Shown piece after piece: positions 34,172-43,533 of a stretch of DNA of 64,000 nucleotides (its first letter is position 1; each line of letters opens with the position of its first letter). The stretch lies in sequence record MN642089.1; one strand, given 5' to 3'. The notes beneath the pieces are model-generated. The model was not told where the DNA came from, made no database searches, and worked only from the letters and a program-made list of their open reading frames with translations. Origin of the DNA: Klebsiella phage N1M2. The position numbers and the translations under genes are program-made.

Positions 34172-34529
34172 GTATAACAATGCAGCGGTATTGAAAGCTA
34201 AAAACTTATTAGTATGTCGTTTGTCTTACGTAATTCATAGTAAGCTTCAATATACTAGTCAGCGAGTGTTAGCAGAACGCCTTGGGATGTCCGCTAACAT
34301 CATTTCCAAGGTCAAACGTGAAATCCATAAGGGTGTTAGTTTCGATGCCCTGTTGGAGCTTGCACGACGTCTGGACGTCACCATGAAACTTTACATCGAA
34401 GTTAATGGATTGAAAGACAGTTCAGTCGAAATTGAAATGAGTGCTGTTCCACCATTTAAAGCTAATAAAGGTTTAACTGCGTGGGAAGTTCAAACCATCT
34501 ATGAACCATCTTCCCGTTTCAAACACTAA
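34164..34529 (+). CDS. XRE-family HTH DNA-binding protein (121 aa)
   Basis: 'SQRVLAERLGMSANIISKVKR' HTH; overlaps previous gene. Confidence 0.5.
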   Translation: MAKYNNAAVLKAKNLLVCRLSYVIHSKLQYTSQRVLAERLGMSANIISKVKREIHKGVSFDALLELARRLDVTMKLYIEVNGLKDSSVEIEMSAVPPFKANKGLTAWEVQTIYEPSSRFKH

Positions 34530-34546
34530 TCTAGAAGGAAATCAAA

Positions 34547-35530
34547 ATGTCTCGTAAAAAGAAACGTAACAGCTTCAACCCTGCAGTAAAGAAAACAGTA
34601 GCTGCTATTCCTCATGATGTTCCAATACAAACTAAAATGGTTGATACCAGCGTCTTTGATTTCTATCAAAATGATGAAGTCCGCGAAGAAGACTACCGTA
34701 TCAACTATTCGCCATTTATCTCTGGTGTTTCAGTTAACTATACTGGATTCCGTTTTAAACAGAATCATGTCATCAAGTTGAAGACTGGCGAAATCACTCG
34801 TGGGCGTCCTAATGCGGATGCGTGGTATCTGGAAGACGGGCGTACAGTTTACGATCCTGAAGTAGAACGTATCTCTTTGATTCCAGATGGGCTCGATCGT
34901 AAATACTCCTTCACTGGTGAAGGTCGTGTAGTTCGTGACATCCAAATGTTCGGAACCAAATATCCCGTTTATTGTGGTGAGACTTTCTATTACCCTTCAC
35001 AGATTCCCGAAGATAAAAAGATTGTCGTATTCGGTGCATTTGCCTATCGTTATCAGAGCGGGGTTAAATTCAAGATCATCCCGGTGACAGGAATGATTGT
35101 TGATAAAGATGATCCTCGTCCTGGGTTAGATGTTCTTCTCAAATATGAAGAAGTTGACATTAACCTGATGTGGGGTGAACACACCGGTCATATCCTGAAT
35201 ACGGAAGAACTCATTAACCGGATCAAGTGGGTTCATCGTATCAAGGAACTGGAAAGAAACCGTCCTGATGACTTTGCAAGGGCTGTTAAGTTGGCTAAAG
35301 AGAATGGAATACCTGAAGCTTCCTATACTCTTTATATCCCGGCACTAATGGACATGCCAGTTGATAAAGTTATGGAAACTTATAACTTAATGAATGCTCC
35401 ACTGGATAAGGGTGCTATCTATCCTACCGATCCCATGGAGGGTGCTAAGCGCGCTAACCGTGGACCTTACACTTTAGGTCAACATGATTACATCGCTGGT
35501 AAAGTATTTGAAGTTATTAAGGAGCAGTGA
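34547..35530 (+). CDS. hypothetical protein (327 aa)
   Basis: RBS 'gaaggaaatcaaaATG'. Confidence 0.5.
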   Translation: MSRKKKRNSFNPAVKKTVAAIPHDVPIQTKMVDTSVFDFYQNDEVREEDYRINYSPFISGVSVNYTGFRFKQNHVIKLKTGEITRGRPNADAWYLEDGRTVYDPEVERISLIPDGLDRKYSFTGEGRVVRDIQMFGTKYPVYCGETFYYPSQIPEDKKIVVFGAFAYRYQSGVKFKIIPVTGMIVDKDDPRPGLDVLLKYEEVDINLMWGEHTGHILNTEELINRIKWVHRIKELERNRPDDFARAVKLAKENGIPEASYTLYIPALMDMPVDKVMETYNLMNAPLDKGAIYPTDPMEGAKRANRGPYTLGQHDYIAGKVFEVIKEQ

Positions 35531-35889
35531 TGAAAGGTATTACAACCAGAGTTAAATCACATGCTAGTCTGAGCGGAGCTATACAGATCGACATGAGCAA
35601 TAGTTACGCCAAAGGTATAACTATCGAACGTTTACGTAAAGAGTTCTCAGAATGCGATCAGAGAGCTTTTGGAGGTATTGTTGATTGGTTGACTGCAAAT
35701 GAAAGTCAACTGGTTAAACCAGAAGCTTTCAGGGAAGCGGTAAGGGCAGCAATGTATGAAGTAGTCAAATTGATTCACCCAAATACATCGTTAGCTTTAT
35801 CAACTAACTTTAATGTTCTTTATGAACTGGTTATGGATTTCATTAAAGAACGTGACGCCAAAATTGCAGCTTATCAGAGGAACAAGTAA
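35527..35889 (+). CDS. hypothetical protein (120 aa)
   Basis: ATGA overlap coupling. Confidence 0.45.
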   Translation: MMKGITTRVKSHASLSGAIQIDMSNSYAKGITIERLRKEFSECDQRAFGGIVDWLTANESQLVKPEAFREAVRAAMYEVVKLIHPNTSLALSTNFNVLYELVMDFIKERDAKIAAYQRNK

Positions 35890-36581
35890 TGAATGACCGC
35901 ATGAAGAAACTGTTTGAAGAATGTAGTCAGCTGGCTAAAGACAAAAACATCAATATCGTCTTACCGACATCGGGTGGTCCATCAAAATTAATGGTTGATG
36001 GAATTGAATATCTTGATGGCGGGACGGTTAAGGCCAATGTCATTAAAGGTCGCACTGTTGGAGGTTCTTTCCAGTTCAAGTTCGAACCTGGTTCGCCGAT
36101 GGCTAAGCTCAAAGAAATGAATGTTCCTCATGAAGCTTTCCAAGAGTTTCGTTTAGGGGCAGTTGCGGGATTGGTTAATCATGGGATCCCTATCGATGAG
36201 CAACTAAAATCATTAGTTGAAAGAATTGAAGCAGCTAACGGAAACTGGACCAAGTTCATCCGTACTCCTTCTGAAATCACTCCGATTTATAATGAGCATT
36301 TTGAACTGACTCTGACTAAGGCGGTTTATAACGCACTGGCTCAGAGCTATTCAGCAACTATGTCATTCAGACTGACAATTGCATCAAAAGAGTTGATTAA
36401 GGAAATCACTGAGCAGTACCTGAAGAAAAATAAAGCGCAAGTCGAAGTGACAGGGTGTGGAGTATATGTCCACTACGATACGGTTAAAGAGCTGGGTAAA
36501 GATATCACTAACGACAAGCCTTTTAATCCTGATGACCTAGTATTTACTATCATCCCTGGATCTACCATCAAACTGTCTTAA
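35889..36581 (+). CDS. hypothetical protein (230 aa)
   Basis: TAATG coupling. Confidence 0.5.
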   Translation: MNDRMKKLFEECSQLAKDKNINIVLPTSGGPSKLMVDGIEYLDGGTVKANVIKGRTVGGSFQFKFEPGSPMAKLKEMNVPHEAFQEFRLGAVAGLVNHGIPIDEQLKSLVERIEAANGNWTKFIRTPSEITPIYNEHFELTLTKAVYNALAQSYSATMSFRLTIASKELIKEITEQYLKKNKAQVEVTGCGVYVHYDTVKELGKDITNDKPFNPDDLVFTIIPGSTIKLS

Positions 36582-36608
36582 TTAACAAATACTTAACTTT
36601 AGAGAGAA

Positions 36609-37376
36609 ATGAAAATGGATAATGTAAAAGTAACTGGTAATGGCCGTGTATTCCTTAGTGGCGAAGAACTTGATCGTAAGAAGATTATCGACATGATCAC
36701 TTTCAATAGTCGTCATGGTGCGATGTCTTCTTCTGATCTCCGTCCTGAAGGTGAACTTACTGTGGAGCAAATTCTTCAATGGGACGACATGTTCCCTGAA
36801 GTAGAATACAGTGAACAAATATTGGGGAAATATCAGGGTTCTGGTTATCTAACACCAGTCCAGGCTTTCTCAATTGACATCTCTGTTTTCGTCAAAGATA
36901 AAGGTTGGTTGCATCCACGTCACTGGCGTTATAATTATAATACTGGCATCATTGTGTTCCTTTGTCACGATCTGTTGGTTGGTGAAAAGATCATAATGAA
37001 TGTCAGCAGCCGTTCTAGTATCTTAGCCCGCAGATACATGGACAAATTTGAACGTGAAGGTATTGTGGGTGGTATTCGTCGTGGGATCTTTAACATGCTT
37101 GATTCTACAACTGAAACTAATAAGACTAGGATTAGTTTGATAGGTGGGCAACCGATCAAATCTGGCTGTTGGAAAGAAATGCTTGCCGAAATCAAAGGCG
37201 TCGCCATTACTCAGTTCCCTAATGGTTTAGGTTATCCGGCTGGACTCCATTCTGGTTACATGGAGTTGGATGACGATCGTCCTATGACTGTTCGTGGAAA
37301 TGGTCGCCAGAAGTTGATTGATAATGGTAAAGGTAAAATGTGGCCTGAAGCCCGTACTCGTAAAGGACGTAAATAA
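36609..37376 (+). CDS. hypothetical protein (255 aa; alternative start 36615)
   Basis: 'tagagagaaa' motif upstream; basic C-terminus. Confidence 0.5.
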   Translation: MKMDNVKVTGNGRVFLSGEELDRKKIIDMITFNSRHGAMSSSDLRPEGELTVEQILQWDDMFPEVEYSEQILGKYQGSGYLTPVQAFSIDISVFVKDKGWLHPRHWRYNYNTGIIVFLCHDLLVGEKIIMNVSSRSSILARRYMDKFEREGIVGGIRRGIFNMLDSTTETNKTRISLIGGQPIKSGCWKEMLAEIKGVAITQFPNGLGYPAGLHSGYMELDDDRPMTVRGNGRQKLIDNGKGKMWPEARTRKGRK

Positions 37377-37663
37377 TGAAATGGTTATCATATCCCTTGG
37401 TGTTTCTCTGCTCTATGCTGCTTAGCTCTTGCTGGGTTCCTGAAACAGTTAATCTTCCAGATGACCAAATTGTAACCGTGCTGGAATTACGCGGTTATCA
37501 TGACATCGTACTGGAGAAAACTGTTAAAAACTTAGGGGAAGGTATCTTTGGTCCTTGCCGAACATTCAGTGCCGTGTCGCCCAATGATGAAATAGTTAAG
37601 GGTGGGTATTGCACTCCGCAGTACATGGACCGGACAATCAACATAACCTATCGGGGTAAATAA
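37376..37663 (+). CDS. small lipoprotein (95 aa)
   Basis: 'MKWLSYPLVFLCSMLLSSC' signal peptide with lipobox LSSC. Confidence 0.5.
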   Translation: MKWLSYPLVFLCSMLLSSCWVPETVNLPDDQIVTVLELRGYHDIVLEKTVKNLGEGIFGPCRTFSAVSPNDEIVKGGYCTPQYMDRTINITYRGK

Positions 37664-37675
37664 CAGGTTTTTGAT

Positions 37676-37897
37676 ATGACTTCTTTTCTAACCAAATACA
37701 GCTCAGGATTTTTATCCCTAGCTTATTTTATCATGGTTGCTGCAACAGTAACATCCTTGATTATCAATAACGAGATATCCCGATTCGATAGGGTCATCTC
37801 TTTCATCATCGTTGTATGCGCATCAATAGTTAGTTATTGGTTTGCATATGAGCAATGTAAACTTAACCGCCTCCGTAGACAAGGATTGAGTAAATGA
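37676..37897 (+). CDS. small membrane protein (73 aa, 2 TM)
   Basis: Two hydrophobic helices, basic C-terminus. Confidence 0.45.
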   Translation: MTSFLTKYSSGFLSLAYFIMVAATVTSLIINNEISRFDRVISFIIVVCASIVSYWFAYEQCKLNRLRRQGLSK

Positions 37898-38316
37898 ACA
37901 AATTGACATTTCCTAATGAGTTCTCACGCTTCCATGCAACTGGTACTAAACCAGAGGTAGAGATCAAAGGTGTGGAATTGAAAAAGCCCAAAGATACTTC
38001 GCTTATTCCTGGTAAGAGCGTCAAGATCATCAATGAGACAGAAGGACTCATCAGCCGAATCGAGATGCTCTGCGTGTTTGGTAAATTCAACCGCGGTAAG
38101 TTATTATCTCTTTCTAAGCGCCGCAAGAAAATAGCTTTAGTGCGCGGTACGATGTTCTATGAAACAGCTACTGGTAAATTGGTAGATGCCAAGCATCGTT
38201 TTAAACCAGGTATATCTTCCATCCCGGTCATGGTTGAATGGGTAGAAAAAGAAGGACCCTCATTCACTAACTTTATGAACGAATGGGCCAAATACATTGC
38301 TGAAGGGGCGGAATAA
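37894..38316 (+). CDS. hypothetical protein (140 aa)
   Basis: ATGA coupling. Confidence 0.45.
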   Translation: MNKLTFPNEFSRFHATGTKPEVEIKGVELKKPKDTSLIPGKSVKIINETEGLISRIEMLCVFGKFNRGKLLSLSKRRKKIALVRGTMFYETATGKLVDAKHRFKPGISSIPVMVEWVEKEGPSFTNFMNEWAKYIAEGAE

Positions 38317-38543
38317 TGACTATTGATCTAATCGTTAACTTCATCATTATTTCTACTTTATTTATTACCTTCGGATTAATGAGCGTCATTGAAGGAATGA
38401 AAGCCCTTCGTAAATACTGGGACGATAAATCTAAGTTAGACAAAGAACTAACTAAGGTTAAGCGTTCCCTCTGGATAAATGTGTTTGTGTTTATTGGGTT
38501 GGTTATGCTACATCTCTTTATAGCGGATGTTCCCATTTGGTAA
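38316..38543 (+). CDS. small membrane protein (75 aa, 2 TM)
   Basis: Two hydrophobic helices flanking charged loop. Confidence 0.45.
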   Translation: MTIDLIVNFIIISTLFITFGLMSVIEGMKALRKYWDDKSKLDKELTKVKRSLWINVFVFIGLVMLHLFIADVPIW

Positions 38544-38566
38544 TCCTTTGTTAAAGGAGACTACCA

Positions 38567-38706
38567 TGCCAAGTGTATCTGAAAAACAAGCTAAGTTTAT
38601 GCGTGCAGTTGCTCATTCCCCTGAGTTTGCCAAGAAAGTTGGTGTTCCTCAATCTGTGGGTAAAGAGTTTAATGACGCTGACAAAGCAAAAGAAAAGAAA
38701 AAGTAA
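38567..38706 (+). CDS. small basic protein (46 aa), not in ORF track
   Basis: 'aaaggagactaccATG' strong RBS; 'MPSVSEKQAKFMRAVAHSPEFAKKVGVPQSVGKEF'; hairpin terminator follows. Confidence 0.35.
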
Positions 38707-38714
38707 ACCATAAT

Positions 38715-38744
38715 AGAGAACCTACCGATTAAGGTAGGTTCTCT
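38715..38744 (+). terminator. hairpin terminator
   Basis: 'agagaacctacc'-gattaa-'ggtaggttctct'. Confidence 0.5.
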
Positions 38745-38765
38745 TAAACTATAGAGGGTATCAAC

Positions 38766-39125
38766 ATGAGTAAGAAAAGTTATCTCCCAGAATCAATCAA
38801 CGCCAATGAAATTGATTGGACTGGTGCTAAAAACCTTGATCTGTCTACAGCCACTTTAGAGGTCAGGAATGGTTTAGCTAAACTGACTATCAAAGGTCAT
38901 GCTTTCCATTTTGAAAAGATTCCTATGCCGATTGATTGGGCTGGTTTCCAATACGGTATTAAAGACCGTGAACCACAACCCATTCATCGGGATACCGATT
39001 ATATACGGGAAGGTTATCTGGACACTCGTAGTTTCGGTAATAAGTTCATCATCAACTTCATTACCGATAATCGCAGTGAGCGACCATTTGTTATTCGTGT
39101 AGGAGACGTTAATGCCAAATGTTAA
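38766..39125 (+). CDS. hypothetical protein (119 aa)
   Basis: 'ctatagagggtatcaacATG' upstream motif. Confidence 0.45.
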   Translation: MSKKSYLPESINANEIDWTGAKNLDLSTATLEVRNGLAKLTIKGHAFHFEKIPMPIDWAGFQYGIKDREPQPIHRDTDYIREGYLDTRSFGNKFIINFITDNRSERPFVIRVGDVNAKC

Positions 39126-39453
39126 AGAGCTAGATTTCTTTCGCATGAAGTTGCAGAATAATAAAGCTGCAGCTTTCTATGTGCGTGATGGTAAGGCATT
39201 CTATTATGTCGGTCCTGATCGTTTCGATGTTGACTCTGCGGCTAATGCTGTTAATTACGGTAAGAAAGCTCTGGAAGAGAATTTCGATTACGATGAAGAA
39301 TTCAAAACAATGGATCTGTCAAAAGACTTATTGCTTAAAGGCAAAATGAATCTGTTGCAGATTCAAGAATACTTCATATTGATGTTTATCGATTCCAGTA
39401 AACAACATTGTCCTATTGTGATTCGTGCTGGAAATGCTTTGGAGAACTTATGA
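39112..39453 (+). CDS. hypothetical protein (113 aa), C-terminus paralogous to previous
   Basis: 'CPIVIRAGNAL' vs 'RPFVIRVGDVN'. Confidence 0.45.
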   Translation: MPNVKELDFFRMKLQNNKAAAFYVRDGKAFYYVGPDRFDVDSAANAVNYGKKALEENFDYDEEFKTMDLSKDLLLKGKMNLLQIQEYFILMFIDSSKQHCPIVIRAGNALENL

Positions 39454-39734
39454 TTAAAAAGTATAAACTTATTTGGGTGTACATTGTAGCCGGGTTATCT
39501 GTGTTAGCTCTCCTGGCAACCACAATGAGTTGGTTAGAAAAAGAACCCAATCGTAAACTGGAGCAATTGGGTTATTCCCAGGTAAAGATCTTAGGAACTA
39601 CACCTGGTTGTAAAGATGGTCGAGGTTATACATTCGTAGCCACTGGTCCTACTGGAGGGTATCGGGTTGGTGTACTGTGTATTTACCAAGATCATTTATC
39701 TGTGACCATTACTGGTCGTCGTAACTTTAATTAA
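39450..39734 (+). CDS. membrane-anchored small protein (94 aa)
   Basis: GGAGAA RBS; N-terminal TM 'LIWVYIVAGLSVLALLATTM'. Confidence 0.4.
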   Translation: MIKKYKLIWVYIVAGLSVLALLATTMSWLEKEPNRKLEQLGYSQVKILGTTPGCKDGRGYTFVATGPTGGYRVGVLCIYQDHLSVTITGRRNFN

Positions 39735-39744
39735 GGAATGAATT

Positions 39745-40203
39745 ATGTTTAAAGCAATCATCAATGGTATCAAATGGTTCTTCGGTCAGCCAGAAGAAGA
39801 GAAACAAAAACTGGCACGTAAACATCGTCACGCTACTTTTAATCCAGCTACTAAAACTGGCCCCGTTAAAGTACGTGGTATTCCAACCATCCCTGATGAA
39901 GGTACTGGGATCAAGGATAGTTACATGAAGTTGGTTGAAATGGCGGGTATTGACGAATCCCTGGTAATCGAAGAAGCTAAGGCTCGTATTCTGATGCCTA
40001 TGGATTTCTCTGATCGCCATATTGAACATGCCCTGCAATGTTGCGGTTTCCAAAAGGAACCTAAACGTTCAGGCGGTATGGCATACGACCCTCGTTTGAT
40101 TCAAGCAGTTAAACTGAGTGTCAATATGTATTCTACCGGTGTTCAGACTCGCATTGAGGAAGTCCAGAAGAGACTGGAAGAAGCTCTCAAAGAAGATGAA
40201 TAA
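39745..40203 (+). CDS. hypothetical protein (152 aa)
   Basis: RBS 'taaggaatgaattATG'. Confidence 0.45.
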   Translation: MFKAIINGIKWFFGQPEEEKQKLARKHRHATFNPATKTGPVKVRGIPTIPDEGTGIKDSYMKLVEMAGIDESLVIEEAKARILMPMDFSDRHIEHALQCCGFQKEPKRSGGMAYDPRLIQAVKLSVNMYSTGVQTRIEEVQKRLEEALKEDE

Positions 40204-40281
40204 CTACCTTCGTTAAACTAAACTAGAAAATGAATCAGGTGTCCAGAAATGGATGCCTGATTTGTTAGGAGTTATTTATTT

Positions 40282-40500
40282 ATGTTGAAAAAGTTGGTTG
40301 TTGGGGAAACCTACCTGAATGAATCGGGTACTCCATTCAAGGTATTTGGTATCGGCTATTACGGTAAGAAATATCGCACGCCAATGGTCCTGCATCAGAA
40401 TCTGGAGATAACTGATGTCTTACCTGAGAAGTTCACTCCTTGTGTACTCACTCAAAAACAATTCATGAAAACTTTTAAAGAGGTTCCAAGCAATGACTAA
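40282..40500 (+). CDS. hypothetical protein (72 aa)
   Basis: AGGAG RBS. Confidence 0.4.
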   Translation: MLKKLVVGETYLNESGTPFKVFGIGYYGKKYRTPMVLHQNLEITDVLPEKFTPCVLTQKQFMKTFKEVPSND

Positions 40501-41872
40501 GAAAGTAAAGAACAATACCCAAGCTGGCACTAAAGTAACTCCTGCTATGAAGAAGGAAGTGGAAATGCCAACTCTGGAACAAATTGAAGCATCTGAGTTG
40601 CCAGCTTCTTATGTAGACTCAGATTCCTTTGAAGTAGCAGAGCCAGATCAAATGGAACCACTGGCTCCAACTAAGTTTGTGATTATGGGTCGCGAAGGTG
40701 AACTGATGCGTCCAGATCGTATTACCGATATGCCTCTGGTCATCATTGCCGGTGATAAGATCGAGCTGAAAGAATGTAAAGATCTTCCTATTGATAAATA
40801 CTGCGTGCCTGTGGGAGTACAGTTAGGTGCTACTCGTGATAGCATGAAACTTTATAAAGACAAAGACCAAGCCCTGTTGTCTAAAATGAAGTGGTATACT
40901 TTCACCACAGCTGGTCTGGAAGTTATTATCAGTAGTGGTTCTACTCTGGTAGTTCGTGAATGTTTGTCTGTTAACGACTACTGGTATGAAGAAGATGAAC
41001 CGCGTGGTAAGTCTAAGCTTATCATGGCTGGTGCGATGCTGGAAACTTCTAACCTGGTAGTTCGCGGTACAGCGACAGTGAATAACAGTTCTCTGATTGC
41101 TCAGAATCACGTAGAGCTGGTTAGTTCCAATATCACTACCACGATGATTAGCTCAGGTAGTAACATTACCGTTCGGGATAGTGTATTAACTGATTGCGGT
41201 TTCCTTAACCACACCCAGTCCTATACTTCACTTATCAAATGTCGTATGACTGGCGCTAAGATTAGCGGTTTTAAACGTGTTAACCTTAACCGTGTGGAAG
41301 CCTACGAACATTCTCGCTTTAATCTGAATGGCTGGGCGCGTGGAAGCGATACAGGTGCTTCTTTGGAAATCAAAGATATCACTTTGAACACCATGAATGG
41401 TCATTTCGGTTCTATTAATGAAGCACTGAGCAATTGGACTGACGTTTCTAATAGCTGGGCCGAACCAACCATTAATATCTCTCGTCGTATTGACTATGGT
41501 CAGTTCTCTAGTCTGGAAATGATTCCATTTGCCCGTGTCGGGAAATTCGACTTGTTGGTTGGTGGTGAAGTATTCCTGGCTACTGATTTCTTCCCTGTTG
41601 ATAAAGGTGAAACATATCCTGTCCCTAGTAAACAAGTACAGGTTCCTGGATTGAGTGGTGATTACACAGCTAACTACGGGATCGGTCTTTTAAATACTGG
41701 TGCCCATTATCGTGGAACTATGGTATGGAACCGCGCAGCTAAAATTATTTTCGGTTACCAATATGGTAAACAACCTATCGGTAAAACTGGCGAAGCAATG
41801 GTCAACACTTTAGTTGAGCAAATCAAATCACGTATCGGTATCTACGTGGAGTTATCAAATCTGTCAATGTAA
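40493..41872 (+). CDS. hypothetical beta-rich repeat protein (459 aa)
   Basis: Ser/Thr/Asn-rich alternating pattern suggestive of beta-solenoid. Confidence 0.5.
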   Translation: MTKKVKNNTQAGTKVTPAMKKEVEMPTLEQIEASELPASYVDSDSFEVAEPDQMEPLAPTKFVIMGREGELMRPDRITDMPLVIIAGDKIELKECKDLPIDKYCVPVGVQLGATRDSMKLYKDKDQALLSKMKWYTFTTAGLEVIISSGSTLVVRECLSVNDYWYEEDEPRGKSKLIMAGAMLETSNLVVRGTATVNNSSLIAQNHVELVSSNITTTMISSGSNITVRDSVLTDCGFLNHTQSYTSLIKCRMTGAKISGFKRVNLNRVEAYEHSRFNLNGWARGSDTGASLEIKDITLNTMNGHFGSINEALSNWTDVSNSWAEPTINISRRIDYGQFSSLEMIPFARVGKFDLLVGGEVFLATDFFPVDKGETYPVPSKQVQVPGLSGDYTANYGIGLLNTGAHYRGTMVWNRAAKIIFGYQYGKQPIGKTGEAMVNTLVEQIKSRIGIYVELSNLSM

Positions 41873-41883
41873 TAGGTAAGTGT

Positions 41884-42576
41884 ATGGGAACAACAACTGC
41901 TGTTATAAATGCACATATCAGTGAGCAACTCACTGGGTTGATGCATTCATTCGGTAACTTGTTCGTTCACGTATCGGGGGAAGGGAAGGTTGACTTCCGT
42001 GCCCCTGGTATGGGTTCAGGCTGGTTAGGGATGATCAAAGTTATTCTGTCTGGTGATGTTGGGTGTATGAAACCATATAAAGGTTACGACACTTGTGCAT
42101 TTGACCAAGCGATTGAATACTTGATGGACCTGGATATGGCTCCACATTTGAACAGCTCTATTAACGAAGAGTATCTCGTTGACCGCGAGACTTGGGTTAA
42201 GTTTATCCAAGGTATCAAGGAAGAATGTTCATTTGTGGGTAAGCCATTACCGAAGTATACCTTCGAGCTTAAAACCGCTGATGAGAAACACGTCATTACA
42301 ACTATTGTTCTGGAACCTATGTGCAATGGTTTTGTAGTGGGTGAATACCAAGCTTCTAAAGAAGCTGAGTATATCGGCATTATCGAAGATTACGACCAAC
42401 CTAAAATCGATGCCTGTTTTATTCAGTGTGAAGGCAAAGAGTACGAAATTGAATTGGATAAACTGGTTCACTATCGTCATCGTAAATACCAACCTCGTAA
42501 AGGGGATTACCTGTTGTTTAATAACGACAAAGGTGTTTACGTAATCCTTCCTCAGGAAGACTACTCGATTCATTAA
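41884..42576 (+). CDS. hypothetical protein (230 aa)
   Basis: Followed by strong terminator. Confidence 0.5.
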   Translation: MGTTTAVINAHISEQLTGLMHSFGNLFVHVSGEGKVDFRAPGMGSGWLGMIKVILSGDVGCMKPYKGYDTCAFDQAIEYLMDLDMAPHLNSSINEEYLVDRETWVKFIQGIKEECSFVGKPLPKYTFELKTADEKHVITTIVLEPMCNGFVVGEYQASKEAEYIGIIEDYDQPKIDACFIQCEGKEYEIELDKLVHYRHRKYQPRKGDYLLFNNDKGVYVILPQEDYSIH

Positions 42577-42587
42577 TAGTTAATGTT

Positions 42588-42615
42588 CCTCTTACTCCTT
42601 AACGGGAGTAAGAGG
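42588..42615 (+). terminator. hairpin terminator
   Basis: 'cctcttactcc'-ttaac-'gggagtaagagg' + T-rich. Confidence 0.65.
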
Positions 42616-42624
42616 TTCATATTC

Positions 42625-42703
42625 ATTTGTATTTATTTTTGGACTTATATTATCTAAGTGTATAAGGAAACAATTTTTAATTAACTTGTAGAAGGAGTAA
42701 TTT
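42625..42703 (+). promoter_or_regulatory. conserved promoter/5'-leader module (copy 3 of 3)
   Basis: 'acttatattatctaagtgtataagg aaacaatttttaattaacttgtagaaggag'. Confidence 0.45.
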
Positions 42704-43018
42704 ATGTCTGGTGATTTCTTACCTACTAAAATGTTTTCCAAACTGGCTGGAGAAGAACAGAAGTTGGGTAGCCATTATCATAATCAAAACAATGTAAGTC
42801 ACCAGCATCGCTTACTGACGATGACTCGTGAAGAACGTATCACCGACCTGGAAGATAAACTGGAAAAAGCCATGAACTATGACTTTGACCTTGTTGAAAC
42901 CATTCAGGAAAAAATCGATCTTTATCAAGGCATGACCGACGAGGAGTACAAGTCTTATATCCGTATCAAGATGTTGTATACTCGTAACGCTATCAAACCA
43001 ATCATCCCAACTAAATAA
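42704..43018 (+). CDS. hypothetical protein (104 aa)
   Basis: Preceded by conserved promoter/leader module and AGGAG RBS. Confidence 0.45.
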   Translation: MSGDFLPTKMFSKLAGEEQKLGSHYHNQNNVSHQHRLLTMTREERITDLEDKLEKAMNYDFDLVETIQEKIDLYQGMTDEEYKSYIRIKMLYTRNAIKPIIPTK

Positions 43019-43047
43019 CCAACCCTTTAATTATAGAGAGAAACAAA

Positions 43048-43533
43048 ATGACTAACTCAATCGCTGCAGCTTCTGAATTCCACAACACCATCCCTTTCCA
43101 GCAGATGATGTCGACCAAACATTACATCCCTACTACTAAGGCTAAACCTGAGCGTCGTAAATACAAAGTTCGGGGTGAGGATATCTCATTCAGCATCTCC
43201 GGTGATACACCAGCTCAGATTCGCGATATCGCCTGTCAGTTGCTTCAACGACTGGAAGAAATCAAGGGCTTGAAACTCTATGGTCTTCCTCACCTGATCG
43301 AGTGGGAAACTCATCATGTCAACCTGAAACCGTTGAATGAATATCGTCTGTGTTCTCCGGTTAAGAACATTACTCTGGAAATTGCAGAGTTTAAAGATGG
43401 TGAACGCATTATCATACAGATGTTCGAACACTATGGTCATCGTACCTCATTTACTTTCAAATCTAACGAGCGCAATGTTAGTGCAGTTATCGATACACTG
43501 CGTGGCATTCAACAGCGCCTGGCAGGTAAATGA
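43048..43533 (+). CDS. hypothetical protein (161 aa)
   Basis: 'tatagagagaaacaaaATG'. Confidence 0.5.
   Translation: MTNSIAAASEFHNTIPFQQMMSTKHYIPTTKAKPERRKYKVRGEDISFSISGDTPAQIRDIACQLLQRLEEIKGLKLYGLPHLIEWETHHVNLKPLNEYRLCSPVKNITLEIAEFKDGERIIIQMFEHYGHRTSFTFKSNERNVSAVIDTLRGIQQRLAGK

Noticed and set aside
40233-40267. Hairpin 'aatcagg...cctgatt' after gene 39745-40203
   Set aside because: Only a 7-bp stem with a 16-nt loop and a weak T-tract. Not called as a terminator.
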